Shown: positions 1-12,943, counted from the first letter of the whole stretch. The stretch: 63,532 nt of DNA, filler included, from Octopus bimaculoides (GCF_001194135.2; 3 parts of 3 records of this genome joined end to end with filler, not necessarily neighbours in it), one strand, 5' to 3'. The notes: generated by a model from the letters alone, not told the origin. Translations and numbers: made by a program.

Positions 1-86
1 ATTTCGAGCTGACAAAAAAAATCCTTTATGATTGTGATTTAAAGAAAAATTCCCTTCTGCTGCAAATGGTATCAATGTGAAGACAA

Positions 87-131
<45 letters not shown>

Positions 132-234
132 CATGCATGCACAGCATGCACACACAAACACACACATGCACGAAAAAACACATAAACACACACAAGCACA
201 CACATAAGCAGACATACCACCACCACCGCCCACC

Positions 235-370
235 ACCATCATCATCATCATCATGTCCACTTTTCCATGTTTGCATGGGTCAGATGGAGTTTATTGAGGC
301 AGATGTCCTCTGGTCAGTTGCCCTTCATGTTGCGAATGCTTGCCTGTTTCAAACCATGGTAATATCTCCC
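235..370 (-). mobile_element. 3' end of an RTE-tailed SINE/LINE fragment ending in (GAT)n (family C)
   Basis: Minus strand reads ...CCCATGCAAACATGGAAAAGTGGACATGATGATGATG. The same tail recurs near 5405, 16675, 18420 and 23125. Confidence 0.55.
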
Positions 371-594
371 TCATGGCCAGACATGTTCTTAGAGAATATT
401 GGAAATAAACAACACTGCTTGTATGACAGTGATACTCATTTACAATTACCATGTGACGTCAAGGTAAGGAGACACAAACAGCGTAACTGTAGTACAATGA
501 CCAAAGCACGTAAAAGACACTGGAAAATTCTTCCTAAGAAATACCATTATAGATTTTTAAAAACGCTAATAACATGTACAATATTTGCATCAGG

Positions 595-790
595 AAGCTG
601 GCAGAATCATTTGCCATTCCATTTGTCTTTACATTTTGAGTTCAAATGCTGCCAAGGTTGACTTAGCCTTTCAACATTTCAGGGTTGATAATAAAACAAA
701 CACCAGTTAAGCACTGGAGTCAATTAATTGACTTAACCACCCCCAACTCATCTTGCTGGCCTTGTGCCAAAATTTGAAATGTTTATTCTT
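595..790 (-). mobile_element. tRNA-derived SINE, family B (Meta-domain-like core), degenerate
   Basis: Reverse-complement similarity to the better copies at 17318-17600 and 52077-52260. Confidence 0.5.
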
Positions 791-1012
791 TTATTCTTCT
801 ACTTGTTCCAGTCATTTGACTGTGGCCATGCTAGAGCAACGCCTTAGACAGTGTTAGTTGCACAAATCGACCCCGGGAACTATTCTTTGTAAGCTTAGTA
901 CTTATTCTATCAGTCTCTTTTGCCAAACCGCTAAGTTACAGGGGCATAAACTCACCAACATTGGTTGTGAAGGAATGGTGGGGGTGGGGGACTAATACAC
1001 ACACACATATAT

Positions 1013-1057
<45 letters not shown>

Positions 1058-1680
1058 NNNNNNNNNNNNNNNNNNNNNNNNNNNNNNNNNNNNNNNNNNN
1101 NNNNNNNNNNNNNNNNNNNNNNNNNNNNNNNNNNNNNNNNNNNNNNNNNNNNNNNNNNNNNNNNNNNNNNNNNNNNNNNNNNNNNNNNNNNNNNNNNNNN
1201 NNNNNNNNNNNNNNNNNNNNNNNNNNNNNNNNNNNNNNNNNNNNNNNNNNNNNNNNNNNNNNNNNNNNNNNNNNNNNNNNNNNNNNNNNNNNNNNNNNNN
1301 NNNNNNNNNNNNNNNNNNNNNNNNNNNNNNNNNNNNNNNNNNNNNNNNNNNNNNNNNNNNNNNNNNNNNNNNNNNNNNNNNNNNNNNNNNNNNNNNNNNN
1401 NNNNNNNNNNNNNNNNNNNNNNNNNNNNNNNNNNNNNNNNNNNNNNNNNNNNNNNNNNNNNNNNNNNNNNNNNNNNNNNNNNNNNNNNNNATATATATAT
1501 ATATATATATATATATAGGAGGTTTCTTCCAGTTTCTGTCTACCAAATCCACTCACAAGGCTTTGATTGGCTCAAGGCTATAGTAGAAGACACTTGCCCA
1601 AGGTTCCACACTGGGACTGAACCAGAAACAATGTAGTTTGGGAAGCAAGCTTCGTACCACACAGTCACACCTGCACCAAT
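785..1680 (-). mobile_element. tRNA-derived SINE, family A, split by an N gap at its internal (TA)n tract
   Basis: The tail half (785-1000) and head half (1515-1680) both match the intact copy at 2632-3036. Confidence 0.7.
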
Positions 1681-2631
1681 CTAGAGAGAAAAGGGAAGTA
1701 TTTTTACAACCATTATCAGGTTGAATAAATGGCTGCATAGAGTCTTTGTCATTCGTTTATTGGTCCACAGATGGTTGAATAATGGTAGCTGGGTAATAGC
1801 TATAATGGTTACAATAGTTACTGCTATAATTAGATGTTGATGTGAAAGACCATTTAACAATAAACCAGTGCTAAATACACTTAGGATTCTGTAATTCTAT
1901 CACCTTTGTAGCTGGCAGGATTCCCTTACGGAACTATGTTACAGTCTGACATTAATTACTGCTTTAATTAGAAAACAAATAGTCTTTTTTTAAGTATTAT
2001 GGTTTGCATAATCATAAGATTAGAAACAGGAAGCTTAAAGGAACAATTTGTAAAGTTAGAGCTACCCATAAAACATAACCTAACACTCTGAAAAATGCAA
2101 GCATGCACAAATGTGTGTGTGTGTGTGGGGGGGAGTTTTTAACGTTTCAATCCTATGCTCTTCTACAGAAAGAAACACAGAAACAAACAGTGGGGGAGAA
2201 AAAATATATATAAGTTGAAAAGAAACTCAGTGGCTGCTACTGGCTTTAGGCCACAACAGGCAGAGAGGGTGTTCTTGAAGCCAAGAGTTTGAACTTATGG
2301 AGACAATATTTACATATTGCCTGAGGAAACACAACGAGATCTCATAATGTAAGGAAGCAGTTACATCATCAAGTACCTGCATGCTTGGAGAACTACGTTG
2401 CATGGAAACAATTGTAGTGATTGAAAATAAATGTCCAACTGTACCCCTTCTTGTCGACTCCAAATTTTTTTTCAATTCCCTATTCACACAAGACAGATGC
2501 CCAAACACATACCTGGAAGTACGTATAAGATTTCTACTGGAGAGCAGAGGGTGAAATCTGAAGGTGGACGAGGCTTTATACTGTACTCTACTACGTTCTT
2601 AACAGAATATACCTTAACTATATATATATAG

Positions 2632-3035
2632 TGGTTGTGGCTGTGTAGTAAGTAGCTTGCTTACCAACTACATGGTTCCGGGTTCATTCCCACTGTGTGG
2701 CACCTTGGGCAAGTGTCTTCTACTATAGCCTCAGGCCGACCAAAGCCTTGTGAGTGGATTTGGCAGACGGAAACTGAAAGAAGCCTGTCATATATATGTA
2801 TATATATATGTATATATGTGTATATGTTTGTGTGTCTGTGTTTGTCCCCCAAACATCGCTTGACAACCGATGGTGGTGTGTTTAGGTCCCCGTAACTTAG
2901 CAGTTCGGCAAAAGAGACCGATAGAATAAGTACTAGGCTTACAAAGAATGAGTCCTGGGGTCGGTTTGCTCGACTAAAGGCGGTGCTCCAGCATGGCCGC
3001 AGTCAAATGACTGAAACAAGTAAAAGAGTAAAAGA

Positions 3036-3036
<1 letters not shown>
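2632..3036 (+). mobile_element. Full-length tRNA-derived SINE, family A: tRNA-like head, body, internal (TA)/(TG) microsatellite, tail ending in (GAGTAAAA)n
   Basis: A-box-like TGGCTGTGTAG and B-box-like GGTTCATTCC. More than ten related copies or halves occur in the window (e.g. 51140-51545, 60300-60720). Confidence 0.8.
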
Positions 3037-3069
<33 letters not shown>

Positions 3070-4017
3070 TTGGCTAATCTTAAAACCCATATGTATACAT
3101 ATACACACATATTCCCATACACACATTCACACATGAATGCATAGGCACAGAGATGCTTCCTCACATGCAAACACAACTGTATATGCACATGCAAACCAAA
3201 TACATGCAAATACATATACACATGTGTGTACGTATACACACACACACATGCACATATAGATAAGAATGTGGGAAAAGAGAAAATGGAAGTTTTGCAAAAA
3301 AAAATTAACAGGAGATAAGTGAATGACTTTAATTATATGGAAGTGATTGCCAGTTCCTAAGAATAAATTTTTTTTCCTGTATGCACGAGATGAAAATATC
3401 TGTCTTAACATGGAGGGATAGCCCTGGTTGCCTTGAATTTCTCATGATTATATATCATTGAAAACTGAAACTTCACAACTCCTTACTCCAACTTCCTCAT
3501 TACCATTCTTGTAATAATATGAATCTTAAGCCTTTTAAAGAAATCTGTTGTGTAATTAAAGCAGCAATTAATGCCAGACAGCCACACTTCAGTGACAACT
3601 GACAATCTCATTAGGGAATCTCTTCCCTAATGGAATAGAATTATAGAATCCCAAGTATATTAGAACTGGTTTGTGGCTGAGTGATCTTTCATAGAACAAT
3701 TTAATTATAGCAGAAATTATTGCTAACCTATCACACTCAATCAGCAATTAACCAATGAGTTAAGGAGGAGAGCGTATATAGACAGTGACTCAATCAGCTA
3801 AAATAACAACAATGAAATGTCCCTTCAATTACACAATAGAGCCTGAAAAATAGGAAAAATACATTGGATAAATAGAGACCTTGGTACACTGTCTTGAAAA
3901 AAAAGGATGGAATAGTCACAATTGAAATAGCTTTAATCAGAGACAGGAAAAAAAGGTTATAGAATTGGGGATTCCAAAACTTGTTTTGAATTAGTTGTTG
4001 TTACATAGACTCACTAA

Positions 4018-4170
4018 GGCAGAAAGCTGGGTAGAACCATTAGAATGCTGGCCAAAATGCTAAGTAGCATTGTTTCACATTCTTTACATTCTGAGTTCAA
4101 ATCCTGCTGAGGTCAGCTTTGCCTTTCAACTCTTTGCAGGTCAACGATATTAAATAAAGTACCAGTTAAG
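4018..4170 (+). mobile_element. SINE family B, partial
   Basis: GAGTTCAAATCC B-box-like motif followed by the GAGGTCAGCTTTGCCTTTCA core shared with other family B copies. Confidence 0.55.
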
Positions 4171-4196
4171 ATGTGTGTGTGTGTGTGTGTGTGTGT

Positions 4197-4378
4197 GTGA
4201 AGGTACATGGCATAGTGGTTGAGTGTGTTGCACTTACAATCACAAGATCATGGTTTCAATTCCCAGACTAGCTGCATGTTGTATTCTTGAGCAAAACACT
4301 TCGTTTCACATTGTTCCTGTTCACTCAGCTGTAAATGGTTAACCCTACAATAGACTAACCACCTGATCAAGGGGAAGG
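4197..4378 (+). mobile_element. tRNA-derived SINE, family D (V-domain-like segment)
   Basis: Head GTGAAGGTACATGGCATAGTGG and body TTCTTGAGCAAAACACTT...CACTCAGCTGTA match the copy at 59527-59869. The V-domain resemblance is from memory. Confidence 0.55.
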
Positions 4379-4379
4379 A

Positions 4380-4541
4380 CAGTGCCGAAAGGCAGTACCA
4401 AGAAGGCAGTGCCAAAAAGGCAGTGCCAAAAGGGCAGTGCCAAAAGGCAGTATCAAGAGGGCAGTGCCAAAAGGGCAATGTCAAAAGGGCAGTGCCAAAA
4501 GGCAGTACCAAGAGGGCAGTGCCAAAAGGACAGTGCCAAAA
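4380..4541. repeat. Minisatellite of 12 units of 13-14 bp (CAGTGCCAAAAGGG) organised as a 55-bp higher-order repeat x3
   Basis: Units 2, 6 and 10 carry the CAGTA(C/T)CAAGA variant and units 1, 5 and 9 are 13 bp. Confidence 0.85.
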
Positions 4542-5404
4542 TGTCTCATATCCAGCCTGCAAACACCACATTTGAAAATCTCTTCAGCTCATATCTTTTA
4601 GTTTTACACATGCACTCACACATTACATACACATGTATACACACACATACACATGGGGGCACACACACACACACACATACACACACATGTCTTTGTGTGT
4701 GTATACATTTGGTTTTCTAAAAGTACTGAATAACATGAAGTAAAGTTTATTGATTCCATCAATCTAAACATTCTTTTTCTTTCTGCTTCTATTTTGAGTT
4801 TTGTATGACTTTGCATGTTCTTCAATGGAACTAATAACAGTCTTGAGAAACAGAATTCCTACCAGACTACTACCAACCATAACTGACCAACTTGCTGCCT
4901 TGTAGCTATCAGTCACAGGTAGTAGGGTAATAATTACTGATATAATTAAATATTGCCGTTAAAAGTCAATAATCAGCAGCAGCCAGAGTAGACTTGGAGT
5001 TGCACAGTCTGACCATTGTGAAGATTCTATTAATGGAGGCAGCAACAAATATCTGCTGACAAAGACTGACTCTCATGTATGCACATGTTCATATATATAT
5101 ATATATATATATATATANNNNNNNNNNNNNNNNNNNNNNNNNNNNNNNNNNNNNNNNNNNNNNNNNNNNNNNNNNNNNNNNNNNNNNNNNNNNNNNNNNN
5201 NNNNNNNNNNNNNNNNNNNNNNNNNNNNNNNNNNNNNNNNNNNNNNNNNNNNNNNNNNNNNNNNNNNNNNNNNNNNNNNNNNNNNNNNNNNNNNNNNNNN
5301 NNNNNNNNNNNNNNNNNACACACACACATACACACACACATATATATATATCATCATCATCCTTATTGCCAACAACAGAGGGAGAAGGATTTACGGTACA
5401 TATA

Positions 5405-5540
5405 TACATCATCATCATCATCATTTAACGTCCGCTTTCCATGCTAGCATGGGTTGGACGATTTGACTGAGGACTGGTGAAACCGGATGGCAGGCAACAC
5501 CAGCCTCCAATCTGATTTGGCAGAGTTTCTACAGCTGGAT
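5405..5540 (-). mobile_element. SINE family C 3' portion
   Basis: (CAT)n-TTTAACGTCCGCTTTCCATGCTAGCATGGG matches the longer copy at 23125-23810. Confidence 0.65.
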
Positions 5541-5667
5541 ACATACATACAAAAATACCCTGTTGTTGATATTGAAATTCAAATGAAGGAGCCTTGGATC
5601 TAGGTTAGAAACCGGCTCTTTCTCTATTGGCAAAAAATCTTGAAATAAAACTGAACAAAGACATACT
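5540..5667 (+). mobile_element. Isolated 3' terminal segment of the R4/Dong-type LINE
   Basis: Homologous to the 3' UTR end of the LINE at 29103-29240 (AATGAAGGAGCCTTG...GGCTCTTTCTCTAT...AAAACTGA). Preceded by ATACATACATAC. Confidence 0.7.
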
Positions 5668-5929
5668 TATAATAATTGATACATTTGGTTTTGTGAGTGT
5701 CTGAGTGACAATCTGGATAATGTAGGGTTTTCAGAAAAAGAAATCAACCAACTGATTTGCACATCACAAATTTAATTTGTAAGCGGAACAGTTGAAATGT
5801 GCAAGACTTTTCTCAAGTTTTAGATGTGACATTGTTTTTGTTATCTACATTCTAAGGATGGAGCTTTGGCTCTTTGTTAGAAACCAGCTCCTTCCTCAGA
5901 GGAAGGATTTAAGTAATAAAAGAACAGAA

Positions 5930-6073
5930 GAGAACATACGTAAAATGCACAAAAGCCTAGAAATTGTAGGATTTTCTAAAGAAGAGCAAAAGAAATTGAT
6001 GTGTATCCGCCAAATCCAAAATATTAGCAGCACAGAAAAAAATTTCAAGACATTCAAAAGATTCTCCCTCTGA
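5930..6073 (+). pseudogene. C-terminal coding fragment of an R4/Dong-type LINE ORF
   Basis: LEIVGFSKEEQKKLMCIRQIQNISSTEKNFKTFKRF aligns by eye with LEKLGFSETEKRKLIRRLQMQSITETVKICKTFQKF at the end of the copy at 26904-27030. Confidence 0.5.
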
Positions 6074-6722
6074 GATTCTTTAAATCATTGTGTGCATCTC
6101 CAAAGATATGTGCACATACACACACACACACACACACACATGCACACAGAAGCACACATAGGCACACACCGGCACACATAGGTACACATAGGCACATGTG
6201 TGCACAAACACCTAAGTTCTAAAGAGGCATGTTTACACACAACGTAAGTGCAGGTGTATACATGTATACACCTACATATATATATACACACCAACTCAAG
6301 CACATATTTAGAAACTCAGGTAACTGTCTTAAGTCAAAAAGCCTTCACACTTTGTTCAAGACTGGCAGAACTCTAAGAAAAGGAACTTAAATAAATCTCC
6401 AATGCTCACATACACACGTATTATTGGAGTGACAAGATACATACCGACCAGTCTGGAGCAAATGACAGTTCAACTTGGGGGAAGAATGCAAATGCTTAAT
6501 TCATACACTACAAATGATCATGATATCTAGGATTATAAATATTTGTAAGACCTTCTTAAGATTTAAATAATGAACAAAACAAGATGCTTTCCTTCACAAG
6601 TTTGCAACCAATCAGGTGGTCAGTCAAAATTTATTATGAATTAAAAAGAGTACATACACACACACACACACTCATGCATACATATATACACACACTCACA
6701 CATGCACATACATACACATATA

Positions 6723-7977
6723 TTGGGTCATCCCAAAAATAATGCGGTTTTTGTATACTTCTTTTATTTTTCAAAATTAAGATCAACAAACTCCTTTTTT
6801 AATATAAAATATACTCTCCTTCATTTTCTACAATGCTTTTCCATTTATCTGGTAGACTTGCAAGGCCCCTCTTCCAAAATTCACTTATCTGTGACGTAAA
6901 ATACTCCTTTACTACTGTTCTGACCTCATCTACAGAATTCATATTTTTCCTGTCCAAATGATTTTGAAGACTGGAATAAATGATAATCAGATGGGGCAAT
7001 GCCTGGTGAATATGGTGGGTGGGGCATCGTTTTCCATTCAAACTACTTCCACCTTTTGAATGTCATCCTTGCTATATAAGGCCAAGCATTATCCTGATGG
7101 AAAAACACCTTTCATCTTGAAACCAAAGATGGTGGTTTTTTTCTTCTAGCGCTGACTTAAGCCGTTCAAGCTGCTCACAGTAGATCTTCTTTGTTATCAT
7201 TTGGTTTGGCTTTAAAAGTTCGAAGTGGACTAAACTTTTCATATCCCACCAAACAGATAACAACACCTTACGTGGGTGAAGACCTTCTTTAGCCAGCGTT
7301 GCCGGTGTTTCTCCTTTCCCTACCCACAGTCTTCGGTACCTGTCACTATTCAATCCAAAAAAGGTTCATTCATGAAACATGACAGCAAAGAAGAGCACAC
7401 AGTCACTCTTTGTGTACAATTAAACTCAGAAAGTTTGTGAGCAACCCATTGACCCAATTTGCTGACTTTTCCAGTGGCACGCAGGTGTTGATGAATGGTT
7501 GAATGACCAAATCCAAGCTTCTCTGCTTGTTCCTCAACGGTTATGATGGGATTTTGTTCCACCAGGGTTTGCAGGACATCCTCATCAAGCTCTACAGATC
7601 TCCCAGGATGAGGCTCATCTTCTAGGCTGTAGTTTCCAGCTCAGAATTTCTGGAACCACCATTGACACTGGCTTATGTTTATTGTCCGATCCCTATATAC
7701 TGCATTAATATTCCTTGCACATTCCATTGCTTTGTTGCCTTTATTGAACTCATAAAGCAAAATGTGCCGAATATACTCCTTTGTCACTTCCATTATAGAT
7801 TTGGAAAAATAACTGCTAAAATTGAACAGCACTCTTAAAAAGTTGCAATTAAGAATAAGGACAAGGTAAAATTACTACCTGCTTTTATAGCAAATTGATG
7901 CAGGTAATTTATCTCATCCTCCTCTGACTTTTAGCTGATGCAACTGAAAAAACTGCATTATTTATGGGATGACCCAA
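6723..7977 (-). mobile_element. Full-length (1255 bp) mariner DNA transposon, defective
   Basis: TIRs TTGGGTCATCCCAAAAATAATGCGGTT and AACTGCATTATTTATGGGATGACCCAA. TA duplications at 6721-6722 and 7978-7979. Confidence 0.92.
6799..7793 (-). pseudogene. Mariner (D,D34D, Hsmar1/SETMAR-like) transposase with stops and frameshifts
   Basis: ATG at 7793 (MEVTKEYIRHILLYEF...QWWFQKF), WVAHKL, FLD*IVTG, LHPRKVLLSVWWD, QDNAWPY, and YSPGIAPSDYHLF (decayed YSPDLAPSDY). Stop at 6799-6801. Confidence 0.9.
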
Positions 7978-8559
7978 TACATACATGGTGAACTGGAAAA
8001 TGTCATAGGAAAAATATCGTGTTTTATTTAGACACTATAACTAATAACAAAAATAAACAAAAAAAAACAGTTTAAGTTACTTGTTAAGTGTCATCACATG
8101 ACTTTTAATCAATAACAAGACAACTTCTATAATAACATAATACAAGTTTGTGAAAAAATAAATCGCATTCTCTTTGCAATCTTACATAGAACAATGAAAG
8201 ATTGCAAGATATTTACTTATGTCTGCTGTAACTTTTTTCTTGTAATATTCTTCTATTGTATTGTTCTGTGGTATTTATAACATTATACTTGGATTCCAAT
8301 TTATGACTTTCTCCATCAAGCACACATTACTATTAAGTTTTCAAGCTAAAGGGAACCCTGAGAATTTTTCTCCAGTCACTCTTTTAATTCATTTGCAAAA
8401 TTCTGTCATTCTTTAATCATCCTACAGCAACCATGAGAATACACTTTACTGGGGGGGGGGGGTTAATAAGACCCCCCAACTTATACAGATTTGTCTTGCT
8501 TTATTACTAAACTCAAAACTTACAGCTTAATCTTTCATCTTTTGCCATTTCCTAGTGTC

Positions 8560-8840
8560 GTTCATTGAACTTCAGCCATGCTGGAGCACCACCTTGAAGG
8601 GTTTCAATCAAACAAATCAATGCCAGGACTGGTCTGGTACTTATTACATCAGTCACTTTTGATAGACTGCTACATTATGGGAACATAAATAAACCAACAC
8701 TGGTAGTCCAGCAGTGGCGGGTGGGGTGACAAACTCACATACATAGGACAGGCTTCCACACAGTTTCAAATCCATTCACAAGGTTTCAATCAGACTGCAG
8801 CTATAGTAGAAGACACTTGCCCAAGGTACCACGCAGTGCA
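8560..8840 (-). mobile_element. SINE family A, heavily decayed
   Basis: Tail and head remnants, including GCTATAGTAGAAGACACTTGCCCAAGGTACCACGCAGTG. Confidence 0.6.
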
Positions 8841-10134
8841 TCCACTTTACTATTAAGTTTTTATACAGAAGGTATCCTAGGCTATTTTTGTGTGTGTGCG
8901 TGTTTTAGTGTATGTTTTTGTGTGGTCGTGTGTGTGTATGTGTGTGTGTGCCTGAGTGTGTATGCGCCTGTGTGTATGTGTGTGTATGTACCTCTCTGTG
9001 TATGTGCGTGTGTGCCTTTATGTGTGTGCCTTTATGTGTGTGTATGTGTGTGTGTGCCTGTATGTGTGTGTGTGNNNNNNNNNNNNNNNNNNNNNNNNNN
9101 NNNNNNNNNNNNNNNNNNNNNNNNNNNNNNNNNNNNNNNNNNNNNNNNNNNNNNNNNNNNNNNNNNNNNNNNNNNNNNNNNNNNNNNNNNNNNNNNNNNN
9201 NNNNNNNNNNNNNNNNNNNNNNNNNNNNNNNNNNNNNNNNNNNNNNNNNNNNNNNNNNNNNNNNNNNNNNNNNNNNNNNNNNNNNNNNNNNNNNNNNNNN
9301 NNNNNNNATGTGTGTGTGTATGTGTGTGTGCCTTTGTGTGTGTATGTGTGTGTGCGCCTGTGTGTGTGTGTGCCTTTGTGTGTATGTGTGTGTGCTTCTG
9401 TGTGTATGTGTGTGTGCTTCTGTGTGTGTGTGTGTGTGCGTGTGTGTGTGTGCATGTATTTGTGTGCACTTACCGAACTACATATCTGCAAGATAATACC
9501 AAAATCAGAGGTCATTAATTAAATTACTAAATTAATTAATAAACAAAACAGAAATTTCCACTGTTTAAAATCCCCACCTACCCCCACCCCACGTTCATTG
9601 TCATTGTCGTTTACTTTTTCTTTTTTTTCCCAAGACAAAATCATGGAATCGATTCAAGCGCCAATCCTTCAATACCATCATCCATTCTTTCATCCAGCAA
9701 TGTCTCGTTACCACATGATAAAGTAACCAATTAACTCTTGTCTTTTTTTCCTTCCATTGAATTTTTTATTTCGATTTTTACTCATTTTCTAGAAAAGAAT
9801 TTTCATCTGACCATTCCTATTTCCTAACTGTAGACTTTACTAATTCTTAAAACACATTCCCCTCCAACAAGCACAAAAGTGAAGAAATACATCAATAAAT
9901 GACTGAACCTAATACTTATATTATAATCTAATTATCTTCTTTGTAAGACTGTGGCCATGTTGGGGCAACAGTTTGAAGTGTTTCCTCATATAAAACAAAT
10001 TCCATACTATAATTTTTTACAGTTTGGTGCTTATTCTATTGGTCTCTTTTGGTGACACTAAGTTATGGGGCTGTAAACAAACAAATACTTCTTATCAAAG
10101 TGACAAACACAGACATCAAGACACACATACACAA

Positions 10135-10175
<41 letters not shown>

Positions 10176-10839
10176 TACACACACACATATATGACAAAGA
10201 ACCTCTCCAAAACTAGACCAATATTTAAGCGTTATCTAAACTTAATAAGATTATCTGTGAACAAAAACAACAATCTATATCAATATAAATAATCTCACTC
10301 TACACACACATACACATATACTCAAATACACACATACACACACACACACATATGTATATATACATAAATACATACTTATATATATATATATATTTATATA
10401 CATACATATATACATATATATCTATATATATACATAAACATTTATATATATATACACATATACATATACATACATACATATACATATATACATATACATA
10501 CATATGTATATGCATATATATATATATATCTGCTACAGAACCTCCTCAAAACTAGACACCAATATCTAAGTGTGGTCTAAGCTTAATAAGATTATCTATG
10601 AAGGAAAACAACCAATATCAATGTAAGTAATCTCCACAAACACTTTCTACTTTATTAGAATGACGGATGCAGTGCCCCAGCATGGCCACGGCCTTAATGT
10701 TGAAATGTATAAAAGAATAAAAGAATAAACAAGCATAACAAATATGCATTCCCACCATCAGCTGCCAAACAGATATCATAATGGTTTCAACACCTGGGCA
10801 ATACCTTTCAATCTGGCAGTGTCAACAGTGCCTGGGGGT

Positions 10840-11070
10840 TCAATACATATCACATGACCGACCAGCCTATCAGATGTTGTTGTACATCACTAGTCACAAT
10901 GCACTTTGCATCATTTTAGCTTCCAAATGATGCCACCTCACAGGGTAGGTGAGCAGGCCAACATTACCCCTGATCAGAAGGCTAGACCATCACAGGGTGG
11001 TCACCTGTCTACAACCAAGTGGACTGGAGCAACATGAAATGAAGTATTTTGCTGAAGAACACAATGTGCC
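10840..11070 (-). mobile_element. SINE family D-related copy
   Basis: GGACTGGAGCAACATGAAATGAAGTATTTTGCTGAAGAACACAA matches 59745-59790. Confidence 0.5.
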
Positions 11071-12842
11071 ATTTGTCAGTATATTTGCTGGTCCTCCAGG
11101 AGGATCCATTGAGCCAAGTCCCAGTCATTCCCCATCTCAATACCCCCCCCCCACTTCATCTGCCATGATCATGTGGCATGCAGTTGACCCACACAAGCTG
11201 TCAACCCAGCAGGATCCTCAGTGAAGAGAATACAGTATGTTTTTCTTTCAAGGTCAAATAATTGCCAATACAGGATTGAGTGTTGGTGGAATTTGTTAAA
11301 GCATCAGACATGGTGCCTTGCAATTTTTTGTGACACTCTTTGAATTCTAAATGACAAAGTTAATCCTTCGTCTGGTTTAACATCACGACAAGTTTCAGGG
11401 TACTTTTAATGTTGCAAGAATTTGAACTTCGTCTCCAGCTTGAAGATAATTTCCTCCCTTCAGTCAGAGAGGATCTGACAAAATAAAGGGTCATAGGGGT
11501 TACCCTTCCTTCTCTGGGGAAAACAAATGGAATTGGTTGGGATTTTTGGAATGAGGACTGAATTACCTAGTTTTGTATTTCAGTAAAGATTCATCAGAGA
11601 GTAAAGACATCATTATGGACACTTGTACTCTTGTACTTCATAGACACTCAACATCAGAGATGCTTGTACTCTTGTACTTCATGTATTCAGACAGATTCAA
11701 CATGCCACAGCATACAACAAGACTTGGCCTTTAAAGTAGGAATACAACAATGATGACACACAGTCCATCCATGGGGCTTCCGAACAGTTTCCTTCTATTC
11801 AATTTCACTGACAAGGCCTGGGTTAAGACTTTGGTAGAAGACACATGACCAAGGTGTGATTATTTGAGGATTGAACTCAAAATCACATCAATACGAAGTG
11901 AATGCCTTAACTACTCAGCCACGAAGCAAATATACAAACATACACACACATAGAAACACATGCATAGACATACGCACACATTTCTTTTCCCATAACTCTG
12001 TCACCATAGAGATGCCTCTGTGTCTCACACTCCTCCTACCCCCTCTCTCTCTTTCTCTCTCATGGTAACTCTTCTCACAACACACCACCCACCTATGCAC
12101 CATAAAACTTTAACTGACCATCTGCTATTAACGTTATAAGCAGTTCTTGTTAAAAGTTATGTCTGTTAATCTTTTGCCATCAGTCTGTTGTAAGAACTTT
12201 AATCAAGTCAGCCATCCTTCACCACCACCACCACTACCACCACCAATACCACCACCACCACCACCACCACCNNNNNNNNNNNNNNNNNNNNNNNNNNNNN
12301 NNNNNNNNNNNNNNNNNNNNNNNNNNNNNNNNNNNNNNNNNNNNNNNNNNNNNNNNNNNNNNNNNNNNNNNNNNNNNNNNNNNNNNNNNNNNNNNNNNNN
12401 NNNNNNNNNNNNNNNNNNNNNNNNNNNNNNNNNNNNNNNNNNNNNNNNNNNNNNNNNNNNNNNNNNNNNNNNNNNNNNNNNNNNNNNNNNNNNNNNNNNN
12501 NNNNNNNNNNNNNNNNNNNNNNNNNNNNNNNNNNNNNNNNNNNNNNNNNNNNNNNNNNNNNNNNNNNNNNNNNNNNNNNNNNNNNNNNNNNNNNNNNNNN
12601 NNNNNNNNNNNNNNNNNNNNNNNNNNNNNNNNNNNNNNNNNNNNNNNNNNNNNNNNNNNNNNNNNNNNNNNNNNNNNNNNNNNNNNNNNNNNNNNNNNNN
12701 NNNNNNNNNNNNNNNNNNNNNNNNNNNNNNNNNNNNNNNNNNNNNNNNNNNNNNNNNNNNNNNNNNNNNNNNNNNNNNNNNNNNNATATATATATATATA
12801 TATACATATAACCAGACGCAAACATATATATACACATATATA

Positions 12843-12873
<31 letters not shown>

Positions 12874-12902
12874 ATATGTGTGTGTGTGTGTGTGTGTGTA
12901 TG

Positions 12903-12943
<41 letters not shown>

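Noticed and set aside
2227-2600. Unique, moderately GC-rich stretch with several splice-like sites
   Set aside because: No consistent exon phase or recognisable peptide.
4380-4541. Short regular repeats here and at 18170-18290 and 23305-23600 as a CRISPR array
   Set aside because: There are no unique spacers or cas genes, the context is eukaryotic, and the repeats are tandem minisatellites.
4382-4720. ORF MPKGSTKKAVPKRQCQK...
   Set aside because: Translation of the minisatellite plus a CA tract.
8210-8320. Minus-strand LESKYNVINTT resembling IQCG LENRYMKTNTE
   Set aside because: No suitable acceptor, upstream in-frame stops and non-matching flanks; likely chance.
9635-9722. Plus-strand exon candidate after a strong polypyrimidine tract
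   Set aside because: Two frames are open, the donor is weak, there is no recognisable protein, and it is antisense to the supported exon.
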